From IMG/VR virus record IMGVR_UViG_3300029286_000012: a DNA stretch of 64,000 nucleotides; one strand, given 5' to 3'. Source of the stretch: a virus. A program made the translations under genes and the position numbers. The notes under the pieces are model-generated. The model had not been told where the DNA came from. It made no database searches and saw only the letters and a program-made list of their open reading frames with translations. Numbering within the stretch: the stretch's first letter is position 1; every line of letters begins with the position of its first letter. This document shows, one piece after another, positions 21,817 through 31,711 of the stretch.

Positions 21817-21984
21817 GTTGTTCTCCTTTGTAGAGCGTGAGTACTCATAATACTCAATATTATTTAAGGTTAATATATATCAACATAGTAGCATACTTTT
21901 AGCACACATATAAATGATAAATATTAGGCTAATTTGGGCCTTATTCAAATCTATATATAAAATCAGATTAAGATAAATATATGC

Positions 21985-22611
21985 ATGAGTACCTTACCTA
22001 CAGCCGACGATTTTTTTGATGATGTTGATTATGTCAGCATTATCAGCACCATTAAAGGGATATACACCAGCAACGGTTCTATGTCCGTATTATTAGACTT
22101 TGAACGTGTTTTGGATGAAGCCGATTTATATGCTTTTAGAAACTGGCAACTTGGAGAATTAGTTCAAGGACCTGTTGTAAAACGATATAGTGTAGCCTGT
22201 ATGTTTATGTGGCCATACAAACTAATGCCTGACCCAACCGGGGCCAAACGTTTAGTTAAATTGGGTTGTAAAATACAATGGAAAAAAACTTCAATTCAAG
22301 TTCCAGTTGAAGTAGATGATTATGACGATTATGTACCAGGGACACGCTATCCAAAGATGAATAAAAAAGCAGTCTGGCTGGTCAACATTGAAATGCCTAA
22401 AGAAATTATGGATGACATACGTGAAGGTAGTATTGACTTAGCTGGACAGAATATTGACTTGAATGAACTTGACGATTCATATATAGATGATTTAGAGTCA
22501 GAAGATAGTGATGGTAGTGAAGATGGTGGTTTAAATCAACAGCAAGAACCGGGTATGACGGGTAATATGCCATTAGATGCTAATGCACCTCCCCCAATGG
22601 GAGCAATGTAA
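21985..22611 (+). CDS. Hypothetical late protein with acidic tail
   Basis: ORF 5 nt after TAAATA. Confidence 0.6.
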   Translation: MSTLPTADDFFDDVDYVSIISTIKGIYTSNGSMSVLLDFERVLDEADLYAFRNWQLGELVQGPVVKRYSVACMFMWPYKLMPDPTGAKRLVKLGCKIQWKKTSIQVPVEVDDYDDYVPGTRYPKMNKKAVWLVNIEMPKEIMDDIREGSIDLAGQNIDLNELDDSYIDDLESEDSDGSEDGGLNQQQEPGMTGNMPLDANAPPPMGAM

Positions 22612-22612
22612 T

Positions 22613-23164
22613 ATGAGTAAAATTATAATTAACGAAGGTTTAGACTATCACGACTTAGAGGGTCAATTACTACCACAAGTCACAGTAGATGAATATGCCG
22701 CGCATATGGGTAAAGACAGTGAAATTGTTACACTAGCATTTACTATTAAAAACAAACAAGCCGGTGACGATCTATGTGATTGGTTTGAGCGTGGGTATGA
22801 TTTTGTACTAGACGCACAGGTTAGTGATGGTGAAATAAGTCCCGGGCGATATCTGGTGTTTGTAGAAATGAATCGTAGAAGTAGTGTTCCATCACGTATC
22901 ATTGAGTTATTAGAAGATTTAAAAACACTAACTGATATGAAATTAAGTGATTGGACTGTTATGATTGATAGTGAAGAATATGAACCAACAGAAGAAGTAC
23001 TAAAACAAGTATTAGTTTTATCACCGCATAACTATCGTGTTGAAGAAGAACGTGAAGAAGATTTAAATGAAATGAGACATCGTGCAGGATTAGATGTTAA
23101 ACCTATATACACAGATAAACAGGATGCTGAACTTAAAGCATTCAAGTCAATAGCAGGATTATAA
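22613..23164 (+). CDS. Hypothetical protein
   Basis: The likely start MSKIIINE follows the previous stop directly. Confidence 0.6.
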   Translation: MSKIIINEGLDYHDLEGQLLPQVTVDEYAAHMGKDSEIVTLAFTIKNKQAGDDLCDWFERGYDFVLDAQVSDGEISPGRYLVFVEMNRRSSVPSRIIELLEDLKTLTDMKLSDWTVMIDSEEYEPTEEVLKQVLVLSPHNYRVEEEREEDLNEMRHRAGLDVKPIYTDKQDAELKAFKSIAGL

Positions 23165-23166
23165 AT

Positions 23167-23778
23167 ATGCCAACTATATTACCTAAAAAAGCAGGATATG
23201 AAGTACCAACAGCATTAGATGACGACCACTATGATGCACTAGCGTCTGACCCGTCAATTCAACAATTTCCACAAGGTAGCAGTTATGGTTCAAACACATC
23301 ATTTGGCGGGCCTTCAGCATTTGGCTCACCTTCGTCAGGAGGCTTCGGTGGCGGTTCGTTTGGTTCATCAGGATCGTTCTCAAATCCTGGCTTCAATCAA
23401 CAATCAACATCAGGCTTCGGAAGCACACAGAACATTAATCAATCAAACAGCAATCAACCAGTACTCACAGGAGCCGCACCAACAAATGCCGCCAGTGGAG
23501 CAGATGTATTAGTCGCACATGATAAAGATTCAACTGATTGGATCAACAAAAAATGGCGTCCAGTTATGGGTTGGATCTATATGCTAACTTGTACAATGGA
23601 CTTTGTTATATTCCCAATATTATGGAGCTTATTGCAAGCAATGAGCAAAGGTAGTGTTACAATGCAATGGCAACCATTGACATTACAAGGTGCTGGTCTT
23701 TACCACATCGCTATGGGTGCTGTTCTTGGTATTGCCGCATATGGCCGTACAAAAGAAAAGATTGAGGGTAAATCTTAA
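23167..23778 (+). CDS. Holin-like membrane protein (GTA 3TM holin-like) with G/S/F-rich N-terminus
   Basis: 'WRP.MGWIY' followed by TM helices and 'LGIAAYGRTKEKIEG'. Confidence 0.7.
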   Translation: MPTILPKKAGYEVPTALDDDHYDALASDPSIQQFPQGSSYGSNTSFGGPSAFGSPSSGGFGGGSFGSSGSFSNPGFNQQSTSGFGSTQNINQSNSNQPVLTGAAPTNAASGADVLVAHDKDSTDWINKKWRPVMGWIYMLTCTMDFVIFPILWSLLQAMSKGSVTMQWQPLTLQGAGLYHIAMGAVLGIAAYGRTKEKIEGKS

Positions 23779-23779
23779 T

Positions 23780-23808
23780 TTGACTATTAACACATAAGGT
23801 GTTATACT
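23780..23808 (+). promoter_or_regulatory. sigma70-type promoter for dnaJ
   Basis: TTGACT-N17-TATACT with an extended TG; ATG 6 nt downstream. Confidence 0.75.
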
Positions 23809-23814
23809 ATTCAG

Positions 23815-24609
23815 ATGGATCATTATCAAACGTTGGGTGTAGCTAAAAATGCTACCCCTGACGACATAAAAAAATCATATCGTAAACTAGCAAGTAAACA
23901 TCATCCTGATAAGGGAGGAGATACTGCTACGTTCCAAAAGATAGAAGAAGCATATCGTATTCTTAGTGACCCGAATCAACGACAGCAATATGATAATCCA
24001 ATGCCTCAAGGTAATCCTTTTGGAGGATTTCAGGGTGGAGGATTTAATTTTAACGGTGATTTAAATGATTTGTTTGGACAAATGTTTCAACAACATAATC
24101 GTAGAAATCCAAACATACCCCATACATTTAGAACAACAGTTAGTGTCACACTTGAACAAGCATATTACGGAGACACGCAAAATTTAAAACTACAAACACC
24201 TAATGGCACTCATGCTATCAACATACAAATACCTAGAGGTGTAACTCACGGAGCACAAATGCGTTATGAAAACGTTATACCACACTCTATATTACTTGTT
24301 GAATTCCACGTTCAAAATCATTTAAAGTATGAAAGAAGAAATAATGATTTATACTGTAATCATACTATATCAGTTTTAGACTTAATAGTTGGTACTGAAT
24401 TTGAATTCAATACCCTCGCAGGTAAAACATTATTAGTAAAAATACCACCAAAAACACAACCGCATATGCATTTAAAAATAGCAGGAGAAGGCATGCCCAT
24501 TGTCAATAGTAATCTTTTTGGCGACCAAATCATATTGATTAAACCAATTATACCTGATATAATTGACTCTGAAATAACTGATAGCATTATGCGTTTTAAA
24601 GCTAAGTAA
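23815..24609 (+). CDS. dnaJ: DnaJ/CbpA-type co-chaperone without a zinc finger
   Basis: J-domain with HPD motif, G/F linker and C-terminal DnaJ_C domain. Confidence 0.9.
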   Translation: MDHYQTLGVAKNATPDDIKKSYRKLASKHHPDKGGDTATFQKIEEAYRILSDPNQRQQYDNPMPQGNPFGGFQGGGFNFNGDLNDLFGQMFQQHNRRNPNIPHTFRTTVSVTLEQAYYGDTQNLKLQTPNGTHAINIQIPRGVTHGAQMRYENVIPHSILLVEFHVQNHLKYERRNNDLYCNHTISVLDLIVGTEFEFNTLAGKTLLVKIPPKTQPHMHLKIAGEGMPIVNSNLFGDQIILIKPIIPDIIDSEITDSIMRFKAK

Positions 24610-24632
24610 ATAAATATAAAGGAAATAATACT

Positions 24633-26909
24633 TTGACCAACTCACCCGAAATTGAAAACATTATTGAACAAGCTATTGCTTTTGCAAAAGAACGTAAACA
24701 TCAATATTGTACCGTTGAGCATTTGCTACTATCATTAATTAATCACACACCATTTAAAAAATGCTTAGATAGTTTTGGTGCTGATACTGAATTAATGACT
24801 CAGGAAGTAGGTAGCTATCTAGATGGATTACATGCTATTGAATTAAAACATATTGCAATGGAAGAAGTTCAACCACGTAAAACAAACAGTTTAGAACGTG
24901 TTATGAACCGTAGTGTAACACAAGTATTGTTCACTGGTCGTAGACAAGTTACAACGATTGATTTGTATCTAAGTATGGCAAGTGAAGGCAATAGTCACGC
25001 ACATTACTTCTTATTGAAGTATGGGATTAACAAACAAGAGTTTGTAACTCATTGGCAAAAAACATACAAGGGAGCTGAATTCACTACTAAACTAAGTGAT
25101 GGTCAAGCAGATGAAATTTTAGAAGAATATACTATCAATCTAAGTGAATTGGCTAGACAAGGTAAACTTGAACCACTAATTGGTCGTGCAAAAGAACTTG
25201 ATGAGATTGTTAATGTATTGGCTAAACGATTCAAGTCAAATGTATTAATGGTAGGTGATCCGGGAGTAGGTAAAACTGCCATCGCAGAAGGTCTTGCACA
25301 AACTATTGTTATGGGTGACTGCCCTGAATTTATTCTTAATCACGATGTATATAGTCTTGAAGTAGGTTCACTACTTGCTGGTAGCAAGTATCGCGGTGAC
25401 TTTGAAGAAAAAGTTAAGCACGTATTAGACGCATTGAACACAAAAAAGAAAGCCATATTATTCATTGACGAAGCACACACAATGAAAGGTAGTGGTGGAG
25501 GATCTGGTGGAGGAAGTGTTGACTTTGCTAATATGATTAAGCCTGCAATTACTAAAGGTACATTGAAAGTTATCGCTAGTACTACTTGGGAAGAGTACTA
25601 TGAATCATTTGAAAAGGATCGTGCGTTAATGCGTAGATTCTATCGTGTAAGTATTGACGAACCAAATAAAGATACAACTATCAGGATTCTCACTGGATTA
25701 AGTGAAAGATTGAATGACTTCCATGGTGTTGAAATTACTCCTGAATCAGTTACTGCCGCAGTAGAAAGTGCTGAACGTTATATTCACGATAGAAAAAATC
25801 CAGACAAATCTATCGACTTGCTTGATGCGGCTTGTGCTAGACAGAAAGTTGATGGCAATAGGGGAATTCAGATTACTAAAGATATGATTTTTCAGCAAGT
25901 TGAACGCTTTACAGGTGTCCCTGCTGATAAACTTAGTGGTGATAACATGGATCGTATTCAAACACTTGAAGTTAATGTCAAGGGTAAACTGTATGGACAG
26001 GATGAAACAGTTGATAAGGTACTTGAACGAGTATATGTTAGTTTTGCAGGTATTGGTAGTGAGACTAAACCTACAGCAAGTTTCTTGTTCTTAGGCCCAA
26101 CTGGTACAGGTAAAACAGAATTAGCTAAGTTGTTAAGTAAAAACTTAGAGATGCCATTGCTCAAATATGACATGAGTGAATACGGTGAAAGACATTCAGT
26201 ATCTAGTTTGATTGGACCTCCTCCTGGTTATGTTGGCTTTGGTGACAGTCAAGTAAGTGGTGGTAGATTAATCAACGACCTAAGTAAGAACCCACATAGT
26301 ATCTTGTTGTTTGACGAAGTTGAAAAAGCACACCCGGATATCTTTAACATCTTCTTGCAGATGCTAGATGAAGGGCGTGTAACTGGTAGTAACGGTAAAG
26401 AAGTTAACTGTAAGAATACTATCATTATTATGACTAGTAACTTGGGTAGTAGTGATAGTGAACGTAATAACATTGGTTTTGGTAATCAAGAAAAATCGGG
26501 TGAGGATGACAAAGCACTAAAAGAATTCTTTAAACCAGAATTCAGAAATCGTTTAGATTTGGTATGTAAGTTTAACAAATTGGATATGCTTGCGATTAAG
26601 AAGATTGTTGTTAAGTTTGCAGAACAATTAAAAGATTCATTGTTAGACAAGCACAATATTACATTGAACTTATCAGAACCTGTAGTTGAGTATTTGGCTG
26701 AACAGGGTTATGATAAGAAGATGGGCGCAAGACCGTTAGCACGTAAGATTGATGAGTTGATTCGTGTACCGTTAAGTAAGAAGATTTTATTTGAACGCAT
26801 TAAAAATAGTGTTATCACAGCGGTTATGACTGATGACGTTATTGAATATAGCGTGACACAAAAATCAATAGCAAGAGTGGGCGAAGATGGGATTATTGAA
26901 ATTAGTTAA
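24633..26909 (+). CDS. clpA: ClpA-type Hsp100 ATPase
   Basis: Clp N-domain, two AAA+ modules (GDPGVGKT, GPTGTGKT), 'KYRGDFE', 'GYVG' pore loop, IGF loop, no ClpB M-domain. Confidence 0.9.
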   Translation: MTNSPEIENIIEQAIAFAKERKHQYCTVEHLLLSLINHTPFKKCLDSFGADTELMTQEVGSYLDGLHAIELKHIAMEEVQPRKTNSLERVMNRSVTQVLFTGRRQVTTIDLYLSMASEGNSHAHYFLLKYGINKQEFVTHWQKTYKGAEFTTKLSDGQADEILEEYTINLSELARQGKLEPLIGRAKELDEIVNVLAKRFKSNVLMVGDPGVGKTAIAEGLAQTIVMGDCPEFILNHDVYSLEVGSLLAGSKYRGDFEEKVKHVLDALNTKKKAILFIDEAHTMKGSGGGSGGGSVDFANMIKPAITKGTLKVIASTTWEEYYESFEKDRALMRRFYRVSIDEPNKDTTIRILTGLSERLNDFHGVEITPESVTAAVESAERYIHDRKNPDKSIDLLDAACARQKVDGNRGIQITKDMIFQQVERFTGVPADKLSGDNMDRIQTLEVNVKGKLYGQDETVDKVLERVYVSFAGIGSETKPTASFLFLGPTGTGKTELAKLLSKNLEMPLLKYDMSEYGERHSVSSLIGPPPGYVGFGDSQVSGGRLINDLSKNPHSILLFDEVEKAHPDIFNIFLQMLDEGRVTGSNGKEVNCKNTIIIMTSNLGSSDSERNNIGFGNQEKSGEDDKALKEFFKPEFRNRLDLVCKFNKLDMLAIKKIVVKFAEQLKDSLLDKHNITLNLSEPVVEYLAEQGYDKKMGARPLARKIDELIRVPLSKKILFERIKNSVITAVMTDDVIEYSVTQKSIARVGEDGIIEIS

Positions 26910-27618
26910 AGACGTACCCGGTGTTGATTTTTATGAATATCGGGATAGTGATTACTATAACAAATACGAATACCGAGCAAGATTTCAACTTGTAGGTGTT
27001 CGTTATACATGGTATATCAAACACAATATCCAAGAACTAGTTGATAGATTGGATGCTCCTGCAGTAGGCTTAAGTTATCATCGTATTGCATATGAACGAG
27101 ATGACGTGAGGGCCAATCTTTCTAAATTAGAAAAGTTCATACATTGGCGAAATCTTATTAAAAAGAATAAAACATCTAGTATTAGAATCGAACATAATAC
27201 TGTAGCGGTGTTTAGTAATGACTTGCAAGAATTAAGAGACATTATAAATCACATTCCAGATATTGAGATAGATTATACACAGGTTCAAAAATCTGATTTT
27301 ATAGGAATTAAGCATTTTGTGCGTAAGCCTAATCATAAATTTAGAGTTTATCTAAAATCTAGACGAGTTGAGGGAACTTTTGCAGTAGACCTGAACGATA
27401 TGTTTAAGAAAAACAAGTCAATATACCCTAGTCCTGCACTAAAACATTGGGCTAAAGGCTCGATTCACAACAATCAGCATAGTTGGAGATATCGATATAG
27501 TAATGCTAGTCATTTTATTGATTATGATGACGAGAGCGTATTGAGTTATCTGGCATTAATTTATGGAGATATGCTTGGAAAACGTTACAAATTAGAAAAA
27601 CGACCTGATCCTGTTTAA
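26887..27618 (+). CDS. Hypothetical protein
   Basis: 243-aa ORF. Confidence 0.6.
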   Translation: MGLLKLVKDVPGVDFYEYRDSDYYNKYEYRARFQLVGVRYTWYIKHNIQELVDRLDAPAVGLSYHRIAYERDDVRANLSKLEKFIHWRNLIKKNKTSSIRIEHNTVAVFSNDLQELRDIINHIPDIEIDYTQVQKSDFIGIKHFVRKPNHKFRVYLKSRRVEGTFAVDLNDMFKKNKSIYPSPALKHWAKGSIHNNQHSWRYRYSNASHFIDYDDESVLSYLALIYGDMLGKRYKLEKRPDPV

Positions 27619-27653
27619 AATGATAAATACTCTAATAAAATGGAGTATTTACC

Positions 27654-27818
27654 ATGGCAAAGATTGTAACAGAATCAATTGTAATCACGTTTAGTAAGAT
27701 AGTAAAAGACAATGATGAAGGAACTAGTATCACTAGTCCTGATATCCAAGCGGCTTTAGAACAAGTTGCCCAAGAATTAATTGGTGATAGTGTAGTTGTT
27801 GAGGTTGTAAAAGCATAA
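27654..27818 (+). CDS. Small hypothetical protein, 54 aa, not in the ORF track
   Basis: MAKIVTESIVITFSKIVKD...VVEVVKA*. It has a GGAG SD and a GATAAATA promoter upstream, and its stop overlaps the next ATG. Confidence 0.7.
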   Translation: MAKIVTESIVITFSKIVKDNDEGTSITSPDIQAALEQVAQELIGDSVVVEVVKA

Positions 27819-28183
27819 TGAGCCAAACAACCACACTCATATTATTACCACAAACTACTTGGAGTTCACAGGTTGCGAATGGTAATTCCTATACGGTTAC
27901 CGGTAATAGCCAACCGGCTGCATCATATGTTATAACTCCCAGAGCACTACAAACGGTTAATATTAACTTATCAGACGTAAATGGTAATATAATTATTCAA
28001 GCTACGTTAGCAACCAGTCCGCTTGAAAATGATTGGTTTAAAGTGTATGAGTTAGTAGCTGACAGTAACGCTAATGCAAATTCAAGTATGTACACCAACA
28101 TTGAAGGTAGCTATGTGTATATGAGAGCAAAGGTTGAGGATTTCTCTCAGGGTGTTGTTAATTTTGTAAAGTTAAGTTATTAA
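27818..28183 (+). CDS. Hypothetical beta-rich (possibly structural) protein
   Basis: Coupled ORF in a late operon. Confidence 0.55.
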   Translation: MSQTTTLILLPQTTWSSQVANGNSYTVTGNSQPAASYVITPRALQTVNINLSDVNGNIIIQATLATSPLENDWFKVYELVADSNANANSSMYTNIEGSYVYMRAKVEDFSQGVVNFVKLSY

Positions 28184-29749
28184 ATGAGAACTATTGTCAT
28201 TATGCCGGGAGGCTTTCATCCGTTTCACGCAGGACACGCCGCATTATATAAGAGTGCAGTAAAAGCATTTAATAATGCTGATGTGTATGTAGCCGCTACT
28301 AATGACACAAAAACAAGACCATTCCCTTTTGCTATTAAAGAGAAGTTAGCAAAATTAGCCGGTGTAGCTGATAAGCACTTTGTGCAAGTTAAGAGTCCAT
28401 TCAAGGCAGAAGAAATCACACAACATTATAACCCAGATGAAGATGTATTAATCTTTGTTCGTAGTGAAAAAGATAAGAACGAACAACCCAAGCCAGGTGG
28501 TACAAAGAAAGATGGTAGTCCAGCTTACTTTCAACCTTGGACTGGTAAGAACTTACAGCCATTTAATAAACACGCATATATTGCTTACTTACCAACAGTA
28601 GAGTTTGGTCCTGGCATTACAAGTGCAAGTGAAATTCGTGCGGCATGGCCCACATTGAATGATAAACGCAAGACCGCAATGGTTATGAGTTTATATCCTG
28701 TAACACAAAAGAATCCTAAGCTTGCCGCTAATGTTGTTAAGATGTTAGATATGGGCATGGGTAACGAATTAGCAGAAGGATCATTAAACGAATTTGTCCC
28801 ACCCAGTAGTGACGATGGCGGCGGAGATAGTAGAAGTCGTAGAATAAGAAAATTATTAGAAATTGCTATACAAGTAGCAAAGCAAAAAAATGTTGATGAA
28901 TTAGGTATGATTCATGGTATGAATATGATAGCAGGTGATGAATTTTTCAATACAACAGTTGAAGGTATATTATCGGACATAACAGATAAAGAATATATGT
29001 TTGTGCTACAAAGTGCTTATAAAACAGTAAAGCAAGGTTTGGCAGAAGCAAAGAAAAAAAGAAAAAAGAAAAGTAAAAATCGTAGTCTTGGAAGATACTT
29101 CTTTCCGGGATATAGTTACTACGGTGGTGGTAGTGAATCAGGTGAGGGTGGAGGCGACGGTGGAGGAGGAGAAAGCATCAATCATAATATGACTGAAGGT
29201 CCTTTTGTACAACGTATTATGCATCCTAAGAAAGTTAGTATCTATTTAAGATTAGGTAAAGGTTCCAAGTTAGTTGCAACTGATATACCTTATGAAATAT
29301 TAGATAGCTATGTAAAGAAAGTTATTCAGAAATATCCACAGTTTAAACCTACTGATTTCTCATTCAAATCATCTGACAAAGTAACTGAAAATTTGGGTAT
29401 ACCTTATCCTACTACCTATGAACAAGAGAACAACAAGTTCAAACGTAGAGGTCCAATGCGTATAACTGCTATGACTGAGTTTGCTACACCTGGTAGTGAT
29501 GATAGAGAACCGGACGAGGAAGAAATATTGCGTCAATTAGCCGCACAATGGTGGAATGGTTCAATACAACAAATGAAGAAAGCCCAACAAACATTACAAG
29601 CAATGGGTTGGGAGATTGGTCAAGATGAATCCGATGATGACGATGCCGGTGTATTTGTTATACGAATAGGTGATGAGAACGGTGATAGCTATATTGCTTT
29701 CCCCCATAGTGAATTAGGTTTAAATGAGGATTACCTAAACGAAGAATAA
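28184..29749 (+). CDS. HIGH-motif nucleotidyltransferase fused to E-delimited accessory modules
   Basis: 'MPGGFHPFHAGH' and 'TSASEIR' in the N-terminal domain. The C-terminal half is a mosaic of short modules. Confidence 0.7.
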   Translation: MRTIVIMPGGFHPFHAGHAALYKSAVKAFNNADVYVAATNDTKTRPFPFAIKEKLAKLAGVADKHFVQVKSPFKAEEITQHYNPDEDVLIFVRSEKDKNEQPKPGGTKKDGSPAYFQPWTGKNLQPFNKHAYIAYLPTVEFGPGITSASEIRAAWPTLNDKRKTAMVMSLYPVTQKNPKLAANVVKMLDMGMGNELAEGSLNEFVPPSSDDGGGDSRSRRIRKLLEIAIQVAKQKNVDELGMIHGMNMIAGDEFFNTTVEGILSDITDKEYMFVLQSAYKTVKQGLAEAKKKRKKKSKNRSLGRYFFPGYSYYGGGSESGEGGGDGGGGESINHNMTEGPFVQRIMHPKKVSIYLRLGKGSKLVATDIPYEILDSYVKKVIQKYPQFKPTDFSFKSSDKVTENLGIPYPTTYEQENNKFKRRGPMRITAMTEFATPGSDDREPDEEEILRQLAAQWWNGSIQQMKKAQQTLQAMGWEIGQDESDDDDAGVFVIRIGDENGDSYIAFPHSELGLNEDYLNEE

Positions 29750-29805
29750 AAATATTTCGACCCCTCTTAACTAGTGTAAATATTTACATCATTTAAGAGG
29801 ACCAA

Positions 29806-30780
29806 ATGGCAACAAAGAAAACAACTCCAAAAGCACCAGCAAAAGCTGTAAAAACTGTAAAACAATCTACGGAACCAAAAACAGTTCCAGTAGAAAAAGT
29901 ACAAGAAATTGCTGACCAAGCCGCTCAAGCATCTGCGGCTGCTACCCCAACTGAAGCCCCGGCTCCAGGACAAGTACAAGTTAACGTAGACTTTCTACGT
30001 ACAACAAAGGTACACATTGCAATGCCATGTTATGGTGGTATGTTGACAGAATCAACATTCATGTCTTTTATCAAGTGGGCAAACACAGCCCGTCAACTTG
30101 GTATCGATTGGACATTAGAAACAATGGTTAATGAATCACTTATTAGCCGAGCACGAAATACACTAACTGCTAAGTTCTTAGACATGCCAGACGCAACACA
30201 CCTATTCTTTGTTGACGCTGACATTGGTTGGGAGCCATGGCATCTATTAGTTCTATTGAACCGTGACGTAGATGTTTGTGCAGGATTATATCCAATGAAG
30301 ACAATGCCAATCAAGTGGGTAGTTAACGGATTTGAAGGTGCTGAAGAAGGACCAGATGGCTTCCAAGAAGTAAGTAAAGCAGGTACTGGTTTCTTATTAA
30401 TGAAGAAGCACGTATTTGACAAACTGAAAGCTCACCCAGCTGTTAAGCAATATAAGAACGACATTGGATTAGATCCAAAGTATGACCAACACTTGAAAAC
30501 ATATTTTGACACAGCAGTTCGTCAGAATCGTTACTACAGTGAAGACTGGACATTCTGTGAAAACTGGCGTGACCTAGGTGGTAAGATTTGGGTTGACAAG
30601 CGTATTCTATTACGTCACTCAGGTAGTTATGTATTCTGTATGGAAAATCAACAACATTTGATGAGTACAATTGGACCTATGTTTGTTGCAGAAGAACAAG
30701 CAAAGGCTGCGGCAGCACAACAGGTTGCATCGCAAGTTGTCCCAGATAGTAATGGGAACGTTACACTAAAAATCTCTTAA
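29806..30780 (+). CDS. GT-A fold glycosyltransferase-like protein
   Basis: 'IAMPCYGG', 'ESLISRARN', 'FFVDADIGW', 'GTGFLL', 'SEDWTFC..WR..GGKIWVD'. Confidence 0.75.
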   Translation: MATKKTTPKAPAKAVKTVKQSTEPKTVPVEKVQEIADQAAQASAAATPTEAPAPGQVQVNVDFLRTTKVHIAMPCYGGMLTESTFMSFIKWANTARQLGIDWTLETMVNESLISRARNTLTAKFLDMPDATHLFFVDADIGWEPWHLLVLLNRDVDVCAGLYPMKTMPIKWVVNGFEGAEEGPDGFQEVSKAGTGFLLMKKHVFDKLKAHPAVKQYKNDIGLDPKYDQHLKTYFDTAVRQNRYYSEDWTFCENWRDLGGKIWVDKRILLRHSGSYVFCMENQQHLMSTIGPMFVAEEQAKAAAAQQVASQVVPDSNGNVTLKIS

Positions 30781-30786
30781 ATGAGT

Positions 30787-30806
30787 AGCCCCGAAAGGGG
30801 CTTTTT
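30787..30806 (+). terminator. Rho-independent terminator
   Basis: AGCCCC-GAAA-GGGGCT followed by TTTT. Confidence 0.88.
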
Positions 30807-30816
30807 AGTGGGCATA

Positions 30817-30862
30817 TTGTCATAGCTTTGTCATCGTACTGTCACAATTCCTGAAGTAAATA
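30817..30862 (+). promoter_or_regulatory. Three-unit Pho box plus TAAATA promoter element
   Basis: TTGTCAT-agct-TTGTCAT-cgta-CTGTCAC has an exact 11-bp period. TAAATA follows 11 nt later. Confidence 0.8.
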
Positions 30863-30908
30863 CTTGTGTGTCATAGTGGCACAAAATTAACCACACAAGG
30901 AGAAACCC

Positions 30909-31556
30909 ATGAGATTAGAATATTTAGCCGCAAGATTAGTAGCTGTAGAAGCCAAATTAGCAAACCTAACTGGTACAACAGTTAATACAGACAGTGCCAC
31001 AAGCATTGAAGAACTAGACGCAAGACTTTCTGTAGTTGAAGTTCAGGTTGACCAATTAATCGCTGAGAAAACAGAAGCTCACATTGACGCTATTGTTGCC
31101 GCAGTAGCAAATGACGCACCAGTTGACGTAGCAGAAGTAGTTGCATTGTCATCAAGCGTATTCCATGAAGAAGCCGCTATCATCGTTACTGATGTTGTTA
31201 CAGCACAAACTGAAGCTGATCCAATTGTTCATACTGAAGTTGCTGATATTGTTTCAGCCGCTGTTATGGCAGTTGTTACAGCAGAGCCGAAAGTTGTTAT
31301 TGATCCAGTCGCAATCACAGAAGCTATCATGCAAGCAGTTGCTGATATGCCAGCCCCAACTCCAGAAGTAGCTCAACAAGTTGCTGATGCAGTTGAAGAA
31401 ATTATAATTGCGGCTACAGGTGTTGAAGCAGTTACTCCAGAAGTAACACAACAAATTATTGAAGCAGTTGCTACTCCTGCAGATCCAGCATTGGACGCTA
31501 TTGAAGCTCGTTTAAATGTTGCTGAAGCAAAGGTAGACAGTCTATTGGGAAAATAA
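30909..31556 (+). CDS. Acidic A/V/E/D-rich hypothetical protein with three coiled-coil repeats
   Basis: AAGGAG SD and three 'ARLxxxExxxxxL' segments. Confidence 0.7.
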   Translation: MRLEYLAARLVAVEAKLANLTGTTVNTDSATSIEELDARLSVVEVQVDQLIAEKTEAHIDAIVAAVANDAPVDVAEVVALSSSVFHEEAAIIVTDVVTAQTEADPIVHTEVADIVSAAVMAVVTAEPKVVIDPVAITEAIMQAVADMPAPTPEVAQQVADAVEEIIIAATGVEAVTPEVTQQIIEAVATPADPALDAIEARLNVAEAKVDSLLGK

Positions 31557-31639
31557 TAACCAGCGTTAAAGGCTGGCTATCAACCCTTTTTAAATCGGAC
31601 ACAAAATAGCGTGTCGCTGGATTTGCGTAACCAGTACTA

Positions 31640-31662
31640 AGGGCCTCAAAAGGGCTCTTTTT
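31640..31662 (+). terminator. Probable terminator
   Basis: AGGGCC...GGCTCT stem followed by a T-run. Confidence 0.6.
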
Positions 31663-31672
31663 AATGGTTATA

Positions 31673-31707
31673 TTGTCACATATTTGTCACAATATTCCAA
31701 ATAAATA
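31673..31707 (+). promoter_or_regulatory. Two-unit Pho box plus TAAATA promoter element
   Basis: TTGTCAC-atat-TTGTCAC (11-bp period), then TAAATA 11 nt later, then ATG 4 nt after that. Confidence 0.75.
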
Positions 31708-31711
31708 CAAG

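Noticed and set aside
21817-21984. Pho box upstream of phoH
   Set aside because: I found no TGTCA 11-bp repeats on either strand, only a minus-strand TAAATA and a short TGAGTA/TACTCA stem.
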